The translations under genes were made by a program, and so were the position numbers. From Sminthopsis crassicaudata (Eukaryota): a stretch of 64,000 nucleotides of DNA. The notes under the pieces are model-generated. The model did no database searches and had not been told where the DNA came from. It was given only the letters and a program-made list of their open reading frames with translations. The stretch lies in NCBI RefSeq assembly GCF_048593235.1, contig NC_133621.1:301515146-301579145 (forward strand), read 5' to 3'. Below are positions 1 through 13,640 of the stretch, piece by piece. The first letter of the stretch is position 1; each line of letters begins with the position of its first letter.

Positions 1-1600
1 GATGATATGAAGATTTTTTTGTTGCATGTAAAAATTTTTGTTACAAAGGAAAGAGGAAGATTGGTGTCATTTCATCAGTATGTTGAGCTGCTAAGGAGAA
101 ACATTCCTGGTTGTTAGAGCTTTCAGTTCCTTTAGTGGATGAGAGAATGGGGGGGTCCAGTTTGCTCCCTGTGCTCATACAGTCCATTTTGCTACTGCTG
201 CTTTCTGACAGGGTTTTAAAGAAACATGTTAACATTTTGGATAGTAAAGTTAACAAGTATTTTTACACTCAGTATTTTATTTAATAATCCTGTCATCTAA
301 GGTAAAAGTGAAAATAGCGAATAGTGAACCATTATTTTGGTATCCTCTTTTAATGTCTGTTACAAGACATCAGATTGCTAGTAGTTTAATAATTTTATTC
401 TTTAACGTTATAATGGTAGAATGGAAGGTGACTAGTCATATTGCCCAATTATTTAATTGATATAGAAACAATTTTATGCTTAATTTTTATTTTGTAAAAA
501 CTGAGCTAAGTTTTGCTTTATTAATAATGTACAAGAATTATATTAAAGCATACCATAGAGCAATTAGCAGATAACTGCAAGCAAACCCTTGTGTTTGTTG
601 GTCTGTTTTAACTGGTGATCAGAGCTTAAAAACTAGTGAGGTAAGATGCTTTAAGACTTGGATTATTGTCTTTAGTATGACTCTTCTACTTGTATAGAGA
701 AATGTGTAGATAAATTGAGCTCATTAGATGTGGATATCATCACAGTTGGGTAAATATACCATTATATCCCTTTTCCCCCTTCCTACTAGTTATAGTGTTT
801 GTGATGTTCTATCTTGGGTTTTCTCTGGAGGGACCCTCAGACCTCTAAGGCCTTGCGCTAGGTGTTTAACAGCTTTGTGTCCCTGTGCAATATTTGGAAG
901 ACTATTCTTTGATTTCTCATTGAATAATTGAGCTGTTTTCTCTTTAAACATATCCTAGATCATCTCTTATATGCCAAGTCTTGTGTTTAGGTCAGTCATC
1001 ACTGGAAATCATGAAGCAGCCTACTTAGGCCCACTACGACTCTGAATTGCTCTTTAGTATGGCTGCCATTTTGATCCAAAATTTCCAATATTCAAGTTAT
1101 CTAGCATCAGCAGAAAAGGGTGCTAAAAGAGCTTTGGTTTTTAGGTTCAGCCCACCTCTTAGCTGGTCTGGAGAGGATCAGTTCCTGGACTTGTCTATAC
1201 TTAAAGCTTTCCTTCTCAAGCTTAAGAGGAACAAGCTGAGCTTGTGTATGGTCTTTGAGAATCTACAATTACCTTTCTGCTCAGCTGAGGCAACCACAGG
1301 AAGATTGTAATGGATTAAGTTTTGACAAAGTTTCTTGTCTGCTGTTTAATATACACAGAGGACAATGTTTAGAATAACTTTGTGATTTAAAGCAAGCTAG
1401 TCAAATTCAAAATTTTCTATCTTAATTACTCTCAACAAGTTAACAACAACTTGTAAATTTCTTTAATTTGTTTCAACTTCTAATGATACTGGAAATGATT
1501 AAATGCTCCCAGGAGTTATGTGCTAGCATCCTGCATTGAGACCTACAGAATTGCAGTCCTAAGATGACGTTTGGGGTCGATGCTGATTTATTCCCCCCAA

Positions 1601-2403
1601 TTTTTTTTATTTTTTCTTGTGTTCAAATTTTTCTCCCTCCCCTAGTCAAGTTATGCAATATAGGTTAAACATCAGCAATTATCCTAAACACATTTCCACA
1701 TTTATGCTGCATAAGAAAAATCAGATCAAAAAGGAAAAAAATGAATTAGAAACAAACAACAAAAAAGATGAAAATACTGTGTTGTGATCCATGTTCAGTC
1801 CCCATAGCCCTCTCTCTGGATGAGGATGGCTCTCTGTCACTATACTATTGGAATTGGCCTGAATCACCTCATTGTTGAAAAGAGTCACATCCATCACAAT
1901 TGATCAGATAAAATTCTCCTGGCTCTAATGACTTCACTTAGCATCAGTTCATGTAAGTCTCTCCAGGTCTTTCTGAAATTAGCCTGTTCATTATTTCTTA
2001 TTGAACAATGTTCTATTACATTCACATACCATAACTTATTTAGCCATTCCCTAACTGATGGCATCCACTCTAGTGGATTTCTAGTTCCTTGACGCTAAAA
2101 AAGAGGGCTGCTACAAACATTTTTGCACATGTGCGTCCTTTTTTTTGGCCTCTTTGGGATACAGACCCAGGAGACACCCTGCAGAATCAAAATTTGATGG
2201 CCCTTTGGGCATAGTTCCATATTGCTCTCCAGAATGGTTGGATCAGTTCACAACTCTACCAACAGTGAATTAGTGTCCCAGTTTTCTCACATCTCTCCAA
2301 CATTTATCATTATCCTTTCCTGTTATCTTATCCAATCTGAGAGGTGTGAGGTGGCACTTCAGGAATTGTTTTAATTTTCATTTCTCTAATCCATAGTGAT
2401 TTG
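1601..2403 (-). mobile_element. 5'-truncated LINE-1 (ORF2 3' end + 3'UTR), marsupial-type
   Basis: T-rich tail at left; strongly similar to the copy at 6524-7391 (e.g. ctgctacaaacatttttgcacat, gggcatagttcca..ttgctctccagaat). Boundaries approximate. Confidence 0.85.
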
Positions 2404-3239
2404 ATGGTGATGCTCACTTTTCCAGGTCATACATGATTTTCTAGCTTGTTTCTTGGTACTTGAAAATAATTTATTAAATGCCTAACAGGCATCTCCTTTG
2501 GGTGACTTAATTTCTTTAGAAACTAATGGGATCTCAGGCATTACAGACAGTTGTGTCAGGAGAATATTGGCATTGTTGCAAGAAGTAAGGACAGTCTAAT
2601 CTGCTTATATTATTCTGAATTCAGGTTAGTTCAGAGTCTCAAATTAATTAAGTTGCTTGATAGATCAAACACAACTGAATATCTTGCTCTGAAAAAAATA
2701 TTTATCCATTGGTCTTTCCTGTGTAGTCACCAGTTGAGGCTGGCCCTTTCTTATGGATCCTTATTAGATTTTGTTCTTGTCACCTTAGGGGATGTCTTCT
2801 ACAAACAGGGAGGTCTGGTGGGAAAGCATTTTTTCCACTGGAACATAGGACCTGAAAGTTTCCATGGGTATCAAAAATTTTAGGGATGCCTTCATTTTTC
2901 CATTTTACATCTCATTTGGTTGTAATAATCAGAGCTTCTAAGGTTACCTTATCTCATTTGTTAAGGAATCCTTAAGAATTTTAGCTAATGCTCAGGAGAT
3001 CCTTTAAGGCTTTTAAAGCAATATTTTGTTGCCAGAACAAATGTGGTGGTGGTGGTGGTGTGTGTGTGTTTGTATTTTTCTTTAATTGTAAAACTATTAG
3101 TCTGCTATGTGCAAAGTATTATTTGTGAAAACGTGCTTGTCCCTAATCCTTTTATATTATTTTAAATTATAAGCAAATTTGTAGTTATTGATGTTTTCTT
3201 ACAAAGATTACCTTTCTTGGGAGTTGAAAAACTGTCATT

Positions 3240-3700
3240 GTTATTGTCCTTTATTGAATTGATTCCTCAGAATTGTCCTCCGTAAGATGGACTCTGTGTG
3301 TGTGCATTTATTTGGTCTGGTTTGGTTACTTTTGCTTTTCCAGGCTTTCACACTATTTCTGCTCATAGTTGGCTGTTCAAATTTTTGGCTGCTCTGTTAT
3401 ATGGAGAATGTAATTTGTTACAGAAGTCTTGACAAGAGCGTCTTTTCTCATTATTGTCTTCTAGTTGTGTTCTTCCAATGATTTGATGATTTGGGTTTAG
3501 TTGGATCAAACTCTCTTTAAGCTTGCTTCTCAATGTGTAATGAAGCGATATTGCTCATAATCTTCCACCATTCTCCTTCTGAAAGACTCTTAAGCTTCAC
3601 AGCAGAAAATGGAGAAAGAAGAAAAAGACAGTCAGCAAAACTAGCTACAGCATTACTAGGATAATGTCTGGTGCAGCTTTTGACATATATCTCACGCATG
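3240..3700 (-). mobile_element. Degraded RTE-clade LINE fragment
   Basis: The minus strand reads ..FRRRMVEDYEQYR.., which resembles the recalled marsupial RTE ORF. Boundaries approximate. Confidence 0.5.
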
Positions 3701-4464
3701 GATAGTCCCCACTTTTTAGCTCTTTTCTACACTCAACCTTGATTATTGTAATTGCACATCATTCAGTCACATTCTTGTCACTTAGTTTAAGTAACAAATT
3801 TTAAGTTGTTTTCCTGGTTCTTCTTACTTCATTTGATAACATCTCATACACTCTTCCTGTGCTTCTCTGAATTCTTCCCTTTCACTGTCTTCAGTATGTT
3901 GTCGACAATCTATCATAATAGAGTACCTTTTTTTTTTTTTTTTTTTTTTTTTAATGGACATCTGCTCTGATTACAGATCTTTAACACAAAAACTACTCCT
4001 GGATATTTAAGGAGAGGTCTCTCAGCTTTTGACCTCCTTGGAGTAGAGTCCTGCCAGTGGATCTCTTGCCAGCATTTTAGCTCCAAATTGCTTTCCAGAA
4101 GGCCTGTACCATTTCACAGCTTTACTAGTAAGTCCTAGTTCAGTGTATTTGTATGTCCATTGCTTCCTCCACATAGGAGGCATCTTTTGTCATCTGTGAA
4201 CCCCGCAGAGGTGTTTGGCATTTATCTTGTCAGTAATTTGAAGTCATCTTACATGTAGTTGCAGTCCCTCTTTTGAGAACTTTCCAGTCATCTCCTTTGA
4301 CCACTTGTTAATTGGGGCATGATTCTTGGGTTCTAGTTTATTGATTCTTATATTTGCCTCCCCTGTGTGGGCCTTGTACCTCTGACCCTTAGTGGAGGGT
4401 CATTGTAGATCTGATTCTTCCCCTTGTTCTGCTTTCTTCCTTATCTTTGTGGTGGCGATTATTT

Positions 4465-4890
4465 TCATCAATAAGCCAACGAGCATTTATTAAGCACCTG
4501 CCAAGTGCCCAGGCACTGTGATACACAATATGACACATAAAGTCAAAGACAGTCTAGTCCATGTTCTTTGGGAGCTCACAATCTGCAGACAGCTCTGTAC
4601 AAGTAGATCAAAAGAGAAGGCCCTAGGTTAAGGAAGTTTGGTGAAAGGGATAGGAGATGGAAGACATAAGGAGGAAGCCAGGAGGCCACTGTCACTGGTA
4701 GCAAGGGAAGCTTGGAAAGGGAGCAAGGAGCCAAGGTATGAAAGATTTTAGATTTGATCCTGGCAGCCATAGAGAGCCAGTGGAGTTGGTTGACCTGAAG
4801 GAGAACATAGTAAAGGTTGATGTTTAGGAAGATCATGCTGAGTTGAAGGTATGGGATGGCAGACCAGCTAGAAGGCTTGTCCAGACATGA
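4465..4890 (-). mobile_element. L2 LINE 3' fragment
   Basis: Antisense L2 terminus gagcatttattaagcacctgccaagtgcccaggcactgtg, followed by purine-rich L2-like body. Confidence 0.7.
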
Positions 4891-6523
4891 CATTATCAGG
4901 CCCTGCACCAGGGGTTGTGGCTCCTCAGGAGAGGAGCTTTTCCATTTTGTGTAATTTGTGATTTGTGCCTGCCACTTGTTGGATGAGAACTCCTGTTCTC
5001 TCTTCCTCCCATAGGTGTGAATGACTCTGCTTCTAGATCTCCTCTGTCCAGAAAGGGAAGGAGAGAGATGTTGAGCTTTATCTTTTCAGACATTCAGTTT
5101 TTTTTCATAACCTTATTTTTGTATTCCTATTTTTAAAAAATTAACATGTATCAACCAAACTGAACCCTGCATATGCACAATGGAAACACAGGGTTGTATG
5201 TGAAATTGCAATGTATGTCCAGCTTGCTTCTGTTATGTTTAGAATATACTCACAGCAATTTCAAAACTGTTCTTTGTCTCTGCTTCCTTTGTGGCCTTTC
5301 CTCTGTTCTCTTTGCATTTTGAAAATAGATTTTAATGGTCTTCTTTTCTTTTTTTGGCAGCCCTTTCTTCCCTCCAGTTGGGAAGAAGGAAAAGGAAAAA
5401 CCTTTGAAATCATTATGTAGTTCCCATTTGGGCAGGGATATATCTAGAAGCCAGCACTTGGGCAGTGGGGCAGTACTGGTAACTCCTATGGATACTTCTG
5501 AAGAGGGTCTCAGCCTCTCTCCCATTTTCCCAGCACTTTGCTTATGTGGGGAACAGGTGGATGTTTTCCAATGGATTGTTTATTTCTATATCTTCATTAT
5601 TGAGCTAGTTAAGATACACCGGCTCTCCAATACTCTTTAATTTTTCTTAGCTGTCTCAGCAGATCCCACTTTAAACAGACACTGCAGATAGCTTTAAAAT
5701 GTATGTGAAAATGAAGAAATTCTCATGATTCCCATTAGCTCTTTACAACTGTCAGGAAGGAAATCTGGTTTGCTCCTTAGGCAGTGAGGCATTCTCTACT
5801 ATCTAAACACAAGTTTGAAGAAAACAGAATTAACATGTTTCCCAACTTAGTATTATGATCATGTACAAGATGGAGATTTGTGTCCTATACTAGGCTTGGG
5901 ATACAGGAGCTAAGATGGTTCTAGATCTTGTGGTGCATAATTATGATCATATTGAGGTAATGTGAAGGTGAGCAAGGAGTAGGTCAGTAGGGCTCTGCTC
6001 CCTGTATTTGCCTTTATAAGATTAGAAGATAAGAGTAAGAATAGAGAAATTAGAATACCCAGTTATACAACGAACTTGCAGATTGTCATGCCTTTGTTGT
6101 TGTTGCTGGAATCCTTAAAACAGGGAATGGTATTGCATACATAATTGACATTTACATCTATTTCTCTTGTGACATAATGTAGTATGTATATTGGCTGTCA
6201 AGTGAGGGTAAAGGAGAAGCTCTTCCCAGTTCTGAACCTCCTAGCCACACTGGGGACGAGTTAGGAAAGGCTACAAGTGCTCATAAGTCTTGTGAGGGAC
6301 CTTTGGCACCTTCCATAATTTGTCTTTTGCGGTTTCTCAGGTTTCATACAGCAGACTTTGCCTTGCTGTCCCCAGTAGGCCTGATAAAATTGACTTGAGT
6401 CTCTACAGAACAGCTTTTCAAAGAAAGCAAATTCAGCGTTTATTGCTACCCTGCATAGCACTATTAACATAGAGGGCATTGGACTAGGCTGGGTAAAAAC
6501 TTTAGGCAAGACCTCATCTTTTC

Positions 6524-7391
6524 TTTTACTTTTTCTTGAAGCTTTTTATTTTCAAAACATGCAAGGATAATTTTTCAACAATGACCCTTGCAAAACCTTG
6601 TGTTCCAATTTTCTCCCTTCCCCCCCAGCCCCTCCCCTAGATAATCCAATATATGTTAAACATGGTGAAAATGCATGTTAAATCCAATATATGCATAGAT
6701 ATTTACATAATTATCTTGTTACACCAGGCAAATCTGATCAAAAAGGAAGAAAAATGAGAACATAAAATGCAAACAACAAAAAGAGTGAAAATGCTGTGTT
6801 GTGGTCTATACTTGGTCCCCACAGTCCTCTCTCTGGGGGTAGATGGCGCTCTTCATTACTGCTCTATTGGAACTGGTTTGAATCATCTCACTGTTGAAGA
6901 GCCACGTCCATCAGAATTGATCATCATATAATCTTGTTGCCATGTATAATCTGGTTCTGTTCATTTCCCTTCATGTAAGTCTCTCCAGGCCTCTCTGAAA
7001 ACATCCTGAAAACATCCTGCTAGTTGTTTCTTACAGAACAGTAATATTCCATTCATAGACCACATTTTATTCGGCCATTCTCCAATTGATGGGCATCCAC
7101 TAAGTTTCTAGACACTACAAAAAGGGCTGCCACAAACATTTTTGCACATATGGGTCCCTTTCCCTCCTTTAAGATCTCTTTGGGATACAGGGCCAGTAGA
7201 AACACTGCTGGGTCAAAGGGTATGCACAGTTTGATAGCTCTTTGGGCATAGTTCCAAATTGCTCTCCAGAATCAATTCACAGATTCCCCCAATAGTGTAT
7301 TAGTGTCCCAGTTTTCCCACATCCCCTCCCACATTATCTTTTCCTGTCATCTTAGCCCATCTGAAAAGTGTATAGTAGTATCTCAAGAGTT
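6524..7391 (-). mobile_element. 5'-truncated LINE-1 with ~16-bp target-site duplication
   Basis: TSD AAGACCTCATCTTTTC (6508-6523) / AAGACAGCATCTTTTC (7392-7407); L1 3'UTR motif cattgacccttgcaaaacc-like; similar to 1601-2403. Confidence 0.9.
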
Positions 7392-7563
7392 AAGACAGCA
7401 TCTTTTCCCCTTGTAATAATAATAGTTTGGTAGTGTGGAGAAGTGGAAAGAATACAGCTTGGTTGGCCCTGAAGGAGGCATGGGCTGGGCAGAGTTTCCC
7501 AGGAGGGGGGTGTTTGTTTTAGATTCTAAATTTTAAAGCCTTAAAATTCAGTAGCATAGTTAG

Positions 7564-7565
<2 letters not shown>

Positions 7566-7613
<48 letters not shown>
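7566..7613. repeat. (TA)24 microsatellite
   Basis: Directly visible. Confidence 0.97.
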
Positions 7614-7618
<5 letters not shown>

Positions 7619-10084
7619 TACTTAGTTAGGGTATAGGCAGCGCATAGACATCGAGTAGGCAACACAGGAACCAGTCTCTTTGGGGCAACAAGTAACCATT
7701 TGGGAGTCATGGCCTAGGAGGTGCAGAGCTGCAAGGGGAAGGAGAGAGCTCAACCAGGAGGAAATGGGGGCAGGTGTCCTGTTGTAAAAGTCCTGAGTTG
7801 TGGCACTAGGGAGCAAATGAAAACATTTGTAAACAGTACAGAAGACGGAAAAGATCAAATCAATAGATTTGGAAAAAAAATTAGACAATCCAATGGTTTG
7901 GGAGGTCGACTACAAGAGGAAAGTTTTGCTATTGTAACAGGCTTTCACAAAAGTCTCTGTTCAATAAGGACAAATGGAAAAACCTTAGAGCAGGCTCTGT
8001 AGTTGACCTGGTGGACAAGCTATGGTGCTTGTTCCAGGAAGATTTGGGAGTCGTTTGTGTAGTTCTTATACAAAATGGCAAAGCTATGGGAACAAAGGGA
8101 GAGATTATGGGGAGAGGAAGGACTAAAAGCCTGAATCTTAAGGCATATTTTTGTAATAAGTGGATTCAGAAAAACTGATCTATCAGAGTCCTGAAACCTG
8201 GGATGAAAGAGGAGGTACTTAACAGGGGTGGGATTAGGGCCTTGGAGTGAATAGGAATCTTCCTGAGAGGCAGAACTGTTGGTACTGAACTAGAACTAAT
8301 GTGAGCCAATGCTAAAGAAGGGGTGTGATGCACAGACACGATTTTAGAAGAGCATATTTCAGAGAGAAGAGAAGGGTCAAGCTTGTTGGCCCCAAAGTCA
8401 TGAGGTATGGGAAAAGCTCTTTCAGGGAATTATTTAAGGGAAAAAAGGTAAATCTTTCTAATGAAGAACAGAGGAGTTAACTAAAGGCATCAAAGGTGTT
8501 CAGGGAACTCCTTCACCAACTTAAATGTAAACAGAAACCTATGAAGAAAGATAGAACGAAGGTAACTCAGGATGAGCACCTTTAAAAGGGGAGAGTCTTA
8601 GAAAAACAAGATGGAAAATCACTTTCTCCCCTCTAGCTAGAGCCACACTATTTTTTTGTGTGAATTCAACAAACCTGATTGTTTCTTCTAGGGAGTTCAT
8701 CTCTCCTCTCCAGTTCATCCATTCCTAAGTATAGACCTGACCACTGCTCAGTCAACTCTAGTGGCTTCTTTTAGCTTCAACCAGAAAGTTCTCCATCTGC
8801 CATTTCAAATCCTTCATAACCTGATACCAGTCTGTAACTCTATCCTTAAATATCATTCCTTGCTTCCCCCTTCACTTACCCTCTATCCATAGTCCATCCA
8901 AATCGGGCTTCTGCATACTGGCTATTCCACTGCTTCCTCTTGTTCCCTTTAAGGATGACTTTTCTATGGGGATTCCCTAGGATAAATTCCCTTTTAATTA
9001 TACCTTTTAGAATTCCAGCTTTGTGAGAAAGATGTAGGAATTGGAACAAAGTAAAATGAGTAGAACTAGAAGAAAAATTACAATATTATAGAGAAATACA
9101 ACTTTGAAAGACATCAGAACGCTGATCCGTGCATTGTATTGAGTCCAGAAAATGGAAGATGGCAGATTGAAAATGAAATCATACGTTCTCAGCCATGGCT
9201 AGTTTGGAGGATTGGTTTGGTTGGATTATGTATGTTAATGATGAGGGCGCTTCTTCTTTTTTTTTTTTTTTTCCCTTTGTGGAGATGAGAAGCAGTGGGA
9301 AGAAAAGATTATAAATATATATTTTTTACCTTCTGTCCGGAGCTCAGCTGTAACTCCATCTACTGTTTCTCCTACTAAAATTACCTTTTATTTCTATTTC
9401 TTTTTAACCATTTTTGTTTTGTCCTGTACAAATTAAGTTATTTAAGGGCAGACACTCCCTGCCTCTCCTGGGGCTCTATTTTGTGGGTGATCTTTTCCTT
9501 TCTAGTTTATTCTTCAAGATCACTTATAGATTGAGGACTGAAACATTCTGAATCTTGCTAGAGATGCTCTTTCTCCCCTCATTTCTAGAACAAACATGTG
9601 TTTTGAAGCAAAAAGTACCAGTCTCCTAGCCTTACTTAGTGAACTTAAAGTGAGCATTTCCTTTATTTTATCCTTTTTAAACCATATGATATTCATTATA
9701 TTCCATCATCCAGATGTTGATACATGAGGCCAAAAAGGGGTAGAGAGGAGATCTTTAATCTTTATGCTAGTGAGTTTGACTTGGATTCTAAAATGTTATA
9801 AAAAATGGTTTGTGAGTATGGACTTGTCAACAATGATAGGCCAGAGTAACTTTTATTAATTTTTTGGATAAGATTTCTAAAATAGTTTGGAAGTATGAAA
9901 GAGAAAACAATTCTGGATTTCAATAAATTATTTGATAATTTTCCATGCTATTGTAATGTAAAAAGTGGAGAAATATGGACTATATCATTTAAATGGATTT
10001 GGAACTAGTCAAGAAAACTAAAATAACCCTGGGGGTAAAGAGAGTGGAGGGGTAAGTATATATTCCTAGTAAAAAGGACACTAC

Positions 10085-10237
10085 AGGGGGCAGCTAGGTG
10101 GCACAGTGGATAGAGCACCAGCCTTGAATTCAGGAGGACCCGAGTTCAAATTTGGTCTCAGACACTTAACACTTCCTAGCTGTGTGACCGTGGGCAAGTC
10201 ACTTGACCCCAGCCTCAGGGGGTGGGTGAGGGGAGAA
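10085..10237 (+). mobile_element. tRNA-derived CORE-SINE (WSINE1/SINE1-like)
   Basis: GGGGGCAGCTAGGTGGCACAGTGGATAGAGC head, B box GAGTTCAAAT, core ctagctgtgtgacc..ggcaagtcactt; TSD GACACTAC at 10077-10084 and 10238-10245. Confidence 0.92.
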
Positions 10238-10819
10238 GACACTACTGTTTATCCCAGCATGTGGTCAGCATATTTAATGAGTGACCTGAAAGTGGTTGAT
10301 TCCAGTAGGGACCTTGGGATCCAGCTCCCTTATAGGCCTAGGGAGATTGTGGCTAACTCAGGATGAGAGCTGTAACTAGAAACTTTTGTGTGAAAATGAA
10401 AGGAAGAGGGATCAGTGTTGGTGATTTCTTTGCCCTCTGTAGGTGTTAACAGTGTGATAGTCAGGAACAAGCAATATGTGGCCTTGCATATTTGAAGGAT
10501 CTTTTTATTCTTTTTTGTGTTAGCCTCCTCAGGCAGTCTGAAGTTTGAGACCCTTCTTAGAATCACGCTTATTAAGATGTATAAAATAAGAATGCATGAC
10601 ATTACTATGGCAACCTATTACATTGAAAAGTTATCGAAATATTAAACAGGTTGCAACAGCCCCAAGTTAAAGACCTGTGTCCTTAATGGGAGCAGGTGAG
10701 TCTTGTTTCTCTATATTAGGGAAGGATAGAGTTGTCCAGAGATTGGCTGGCTACTTCTACAGAAATGATCCACAGGACTCTCTTTAGGTCTTCTTTTGTC
10801 CTATATCAGTTCTCTCGCA

Positions 10820-11753
10820 TGCTAAAGATTCTCAAATCTACGTTCCTGAGACTTTGTTTCACATCTCCAACTGCTTAGCAGATTTAAAATCCCTAGACAT
10901 CTGGCTATATTTCCACTCATTCACACTTTCCTTTATTGCCACTTTGCTTTCTTCTTCCCTACCATTATGACTTTGTCTCATATACACTTTAAATCCCACA
11001 TGTCAAAAACTGATTTTTTTCCCCCAAGCTCTTCCCCCTTCCAAACCTCTTTATTACTGTGTGCTCTAGGCTTACAACTTTTGTCACCCATGACACCTCA
11101 CTTGTTGCAAAGACCTTTGCAGAATTCTACATGCTCTTCCCCCTTCCCTCCTGTTCCCATGACCACCCTAATGCAGGCCTTACCTTCTCAACACCTGGAC
11201 TGTTACAGGAGTCTGCAGGATGTTTTGTAGCCACAAGTCTCTCTCTGCTCTAGTGCAATCTTCATTCAGTACTATGTCACACATACACACCCCTCCTCTC
11301 TACTCAGGAAACTGTAATGGGCTCCCCATCATCTCCAGGATCAAATATAAAATCCTTCAAAACCTCTCCTCCCCATCCCCTATTTGTAGTCTTCCTCCCA
11401 CTCCCCAGTGACACTCTGGGCTGTTGCTCACACAAAATTCCATTTCCTGACTCTGGACATTTTTATTGGCCAAACCTGTACCTAGATGTCCCAACTATAA
11501 TCCCTATTTTCTATAGGAATTTTCTAGGAAATTCTATATTTATAGGATTTTATAGGAAACCTTTCCCATTTTTTATTAATTCTAGTACCTTCCCTTTGTG
11601 AATTCTTTTTTTTTTTTTTTGTTTTGTTTTTCTATAGCTTATTCTTAGTGTGTTTGCATGTTGTCTCCCTATCAATCAAGTTGAGCCTGTCAATTCTTTG
11701 CAGAGTGCTTGGCACATAGTAGGTATTTAATAAATGCATATTGAATGACTGAA
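10820..11753 (+). mobile_element. L2 LINE 3' region
   Basis: Ends in the L2 terminus gtgcttggcacatagtaggtatttaataaatgcatattgaatgactgaa; pyrimidine-rich body. 5' boundary approximate. Confidence 0.75.
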
Positions 11754-12734
11754 ATGGGACACTGTAGAAATTGTAGCAATTCTTGATATTAAATTTAAGA
11801 GGAAACAACTGTAGGTGACATCCTTGAATAGATTAAAAGCTTGTTCTTAAAAACATAATTGCTCCACAAAACAAATCTCTGTCTGCACAGGCATTATGTT
11901 TAATATTCAGTCATCCAATTATCAAAGTTGGTGTGATCTCTAGATGGCCACAATTGAAATTGAGGTTTCTAGACAGATCTCTTAAGTGGAACTACTTGAA
12001 ATTCCCTTAAAGTTGGGTCAGAATCTTGTTTAAATTAATCTTGCTTGAGCAATAAATATCTATGGAAATCAAGCCAATGAAGGAAAAAGGATTGAAAAAA
12101 CCAGCTCTTATACTAATTAGATAAATTGACAGGATCAAGGTGCTCACAGTTCTACTTGAGGACATGTTTTTTCCTTACTTTCCAGTGGTATTTGTGGGAT
12201 TAAATAGTATAAAAGGGGAGGGGAATGAATTCCCAACCAAAACATTTTATTAAACAAGGAGAATTGAGTATGCAGTTTTGAGAGGGTTTGCCTAGATCAC
12301 TTCCAGCAATAATATGTCAAACTGATCAGACTTTGATTCCTAATCTTACCCTTTCACTTGAAAAGTAACTTTCTTTCATAGGTTCAACAAAAACAATTGA
12401 ATTTCCTGAAATTTTATCAGCAAATTCATATATGAGAACAAAAATTTCAGGCTTGCCAGCTTCTGCTGATAGAATGCTTCTCTTTGTTTTCCTAAATATG
12501 CACCTATTTGGGCAAAATGATTTTCTTTTTTTTAACCTTAAGGTTAACTGCTGCTTAACTTGAGATTTGAGAATCTTTGTGTATGTGCCATTGAGTGAAA
12601 TAATTGAAATAATTGCTTTTCACCAAGCAGACTCTACTTGTAGATGGTCATAAAAATAGGGAAGATGAGGTGGTTTTCTATCATATCTGGATAGCGTGGG
12701 AAGTCTCTTAACTGGTCCTCAATTATCTAAAAGT

Positions 12735-12860
12735 CTCCAGACTTTTTTGATTAGGCAACCCATCAGTGGAAATTTTGAACATATACCCAGATATGTTTAT
12801 TTCTGTTATTAACATGTACTGCTATTATATAGCACGTGTTACTTATGTACATTAAGTCAT
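12735..12860 (+). mobile_element. Possible ancient hAT-Charlie MITE fragment (MER113-like)
   Basis: Resembles the recalled consensus (ttttgat..cccatcagt..aaattttgaacat..ccc..atatg); degraded. Confidence 0.35.
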
Positions 12861-13548
12861 TGGCAGTATTTACTAAATCATTTTATTCTTTTTCAAGAAT
12901 CCAGGTGGTTTCAACTTCTCTTGTCAGTTTTTCTTGAGTAATTGTCATCCTCAATATCCCTTATTTTAACCCTCTTGCCAGGACAATCCCTCTATACCCA
13001 TTTTCTTCAGGAAATTGCCTCCATTCTCAGGTATCCCTCTCAATTTTTCCCTATTTACTAACTCCTTCTATGCTTCTTAAAAACACACTCAGGTCTCAAA
13101 TTTCTTAACAAGCCTCTCTTCTATAAATCTCCCTTCCATTTCTCTGCCAAACTCTTAAACTATGACTGTGTGTGTGTAAACTTACAACAAAGATTAAAAA
13201 AGAGAAAAAAAAAAAAAGAACCACCTTCCCCCCCGCCCCCCCCCCCCAAAAAAAAAAAAAAAAAAAAGCCTTTCACCAAGATTTGCCAACATATCAAAAA
13301 GACATCACCTGCAGTGTCCTACAGGGCTGAGCTGGGTCATTGACTTGATCACATTCCATTTCTATTTTGTTGTTGCTGCCCCTAACATTTACATTTTTGC
13401 AGTTGCATATCCTGTTTGCCTGATTTTGCTCTTCCCATGCTTCATCATATTCATCTTTTCTTACAGTGTAGCAATATGACTTTATATTCGTTCACCATGA
13501 TTTGTCTAAGTGTTCTCCATTTGCTCGGTATTTACTTTGTTTCTATTT

Positions 13549-13601
<53 letters not shown>

Positions 13602-13640
13602 TTACTACTACCACCACCACCCACAACAACAACAAAACAA
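13549..13640. repeat. Compound trinucleotide repeat (TAC)~17-(CAC)n-(AAC)n
   Basis: Directly visible. Confidence 0.97.

Noticed and set aside
7559-7632. TTAGGG motifs as interstitial telomeric sequence
   Set aside because: Only two isolated hexamers, not a tandem array.
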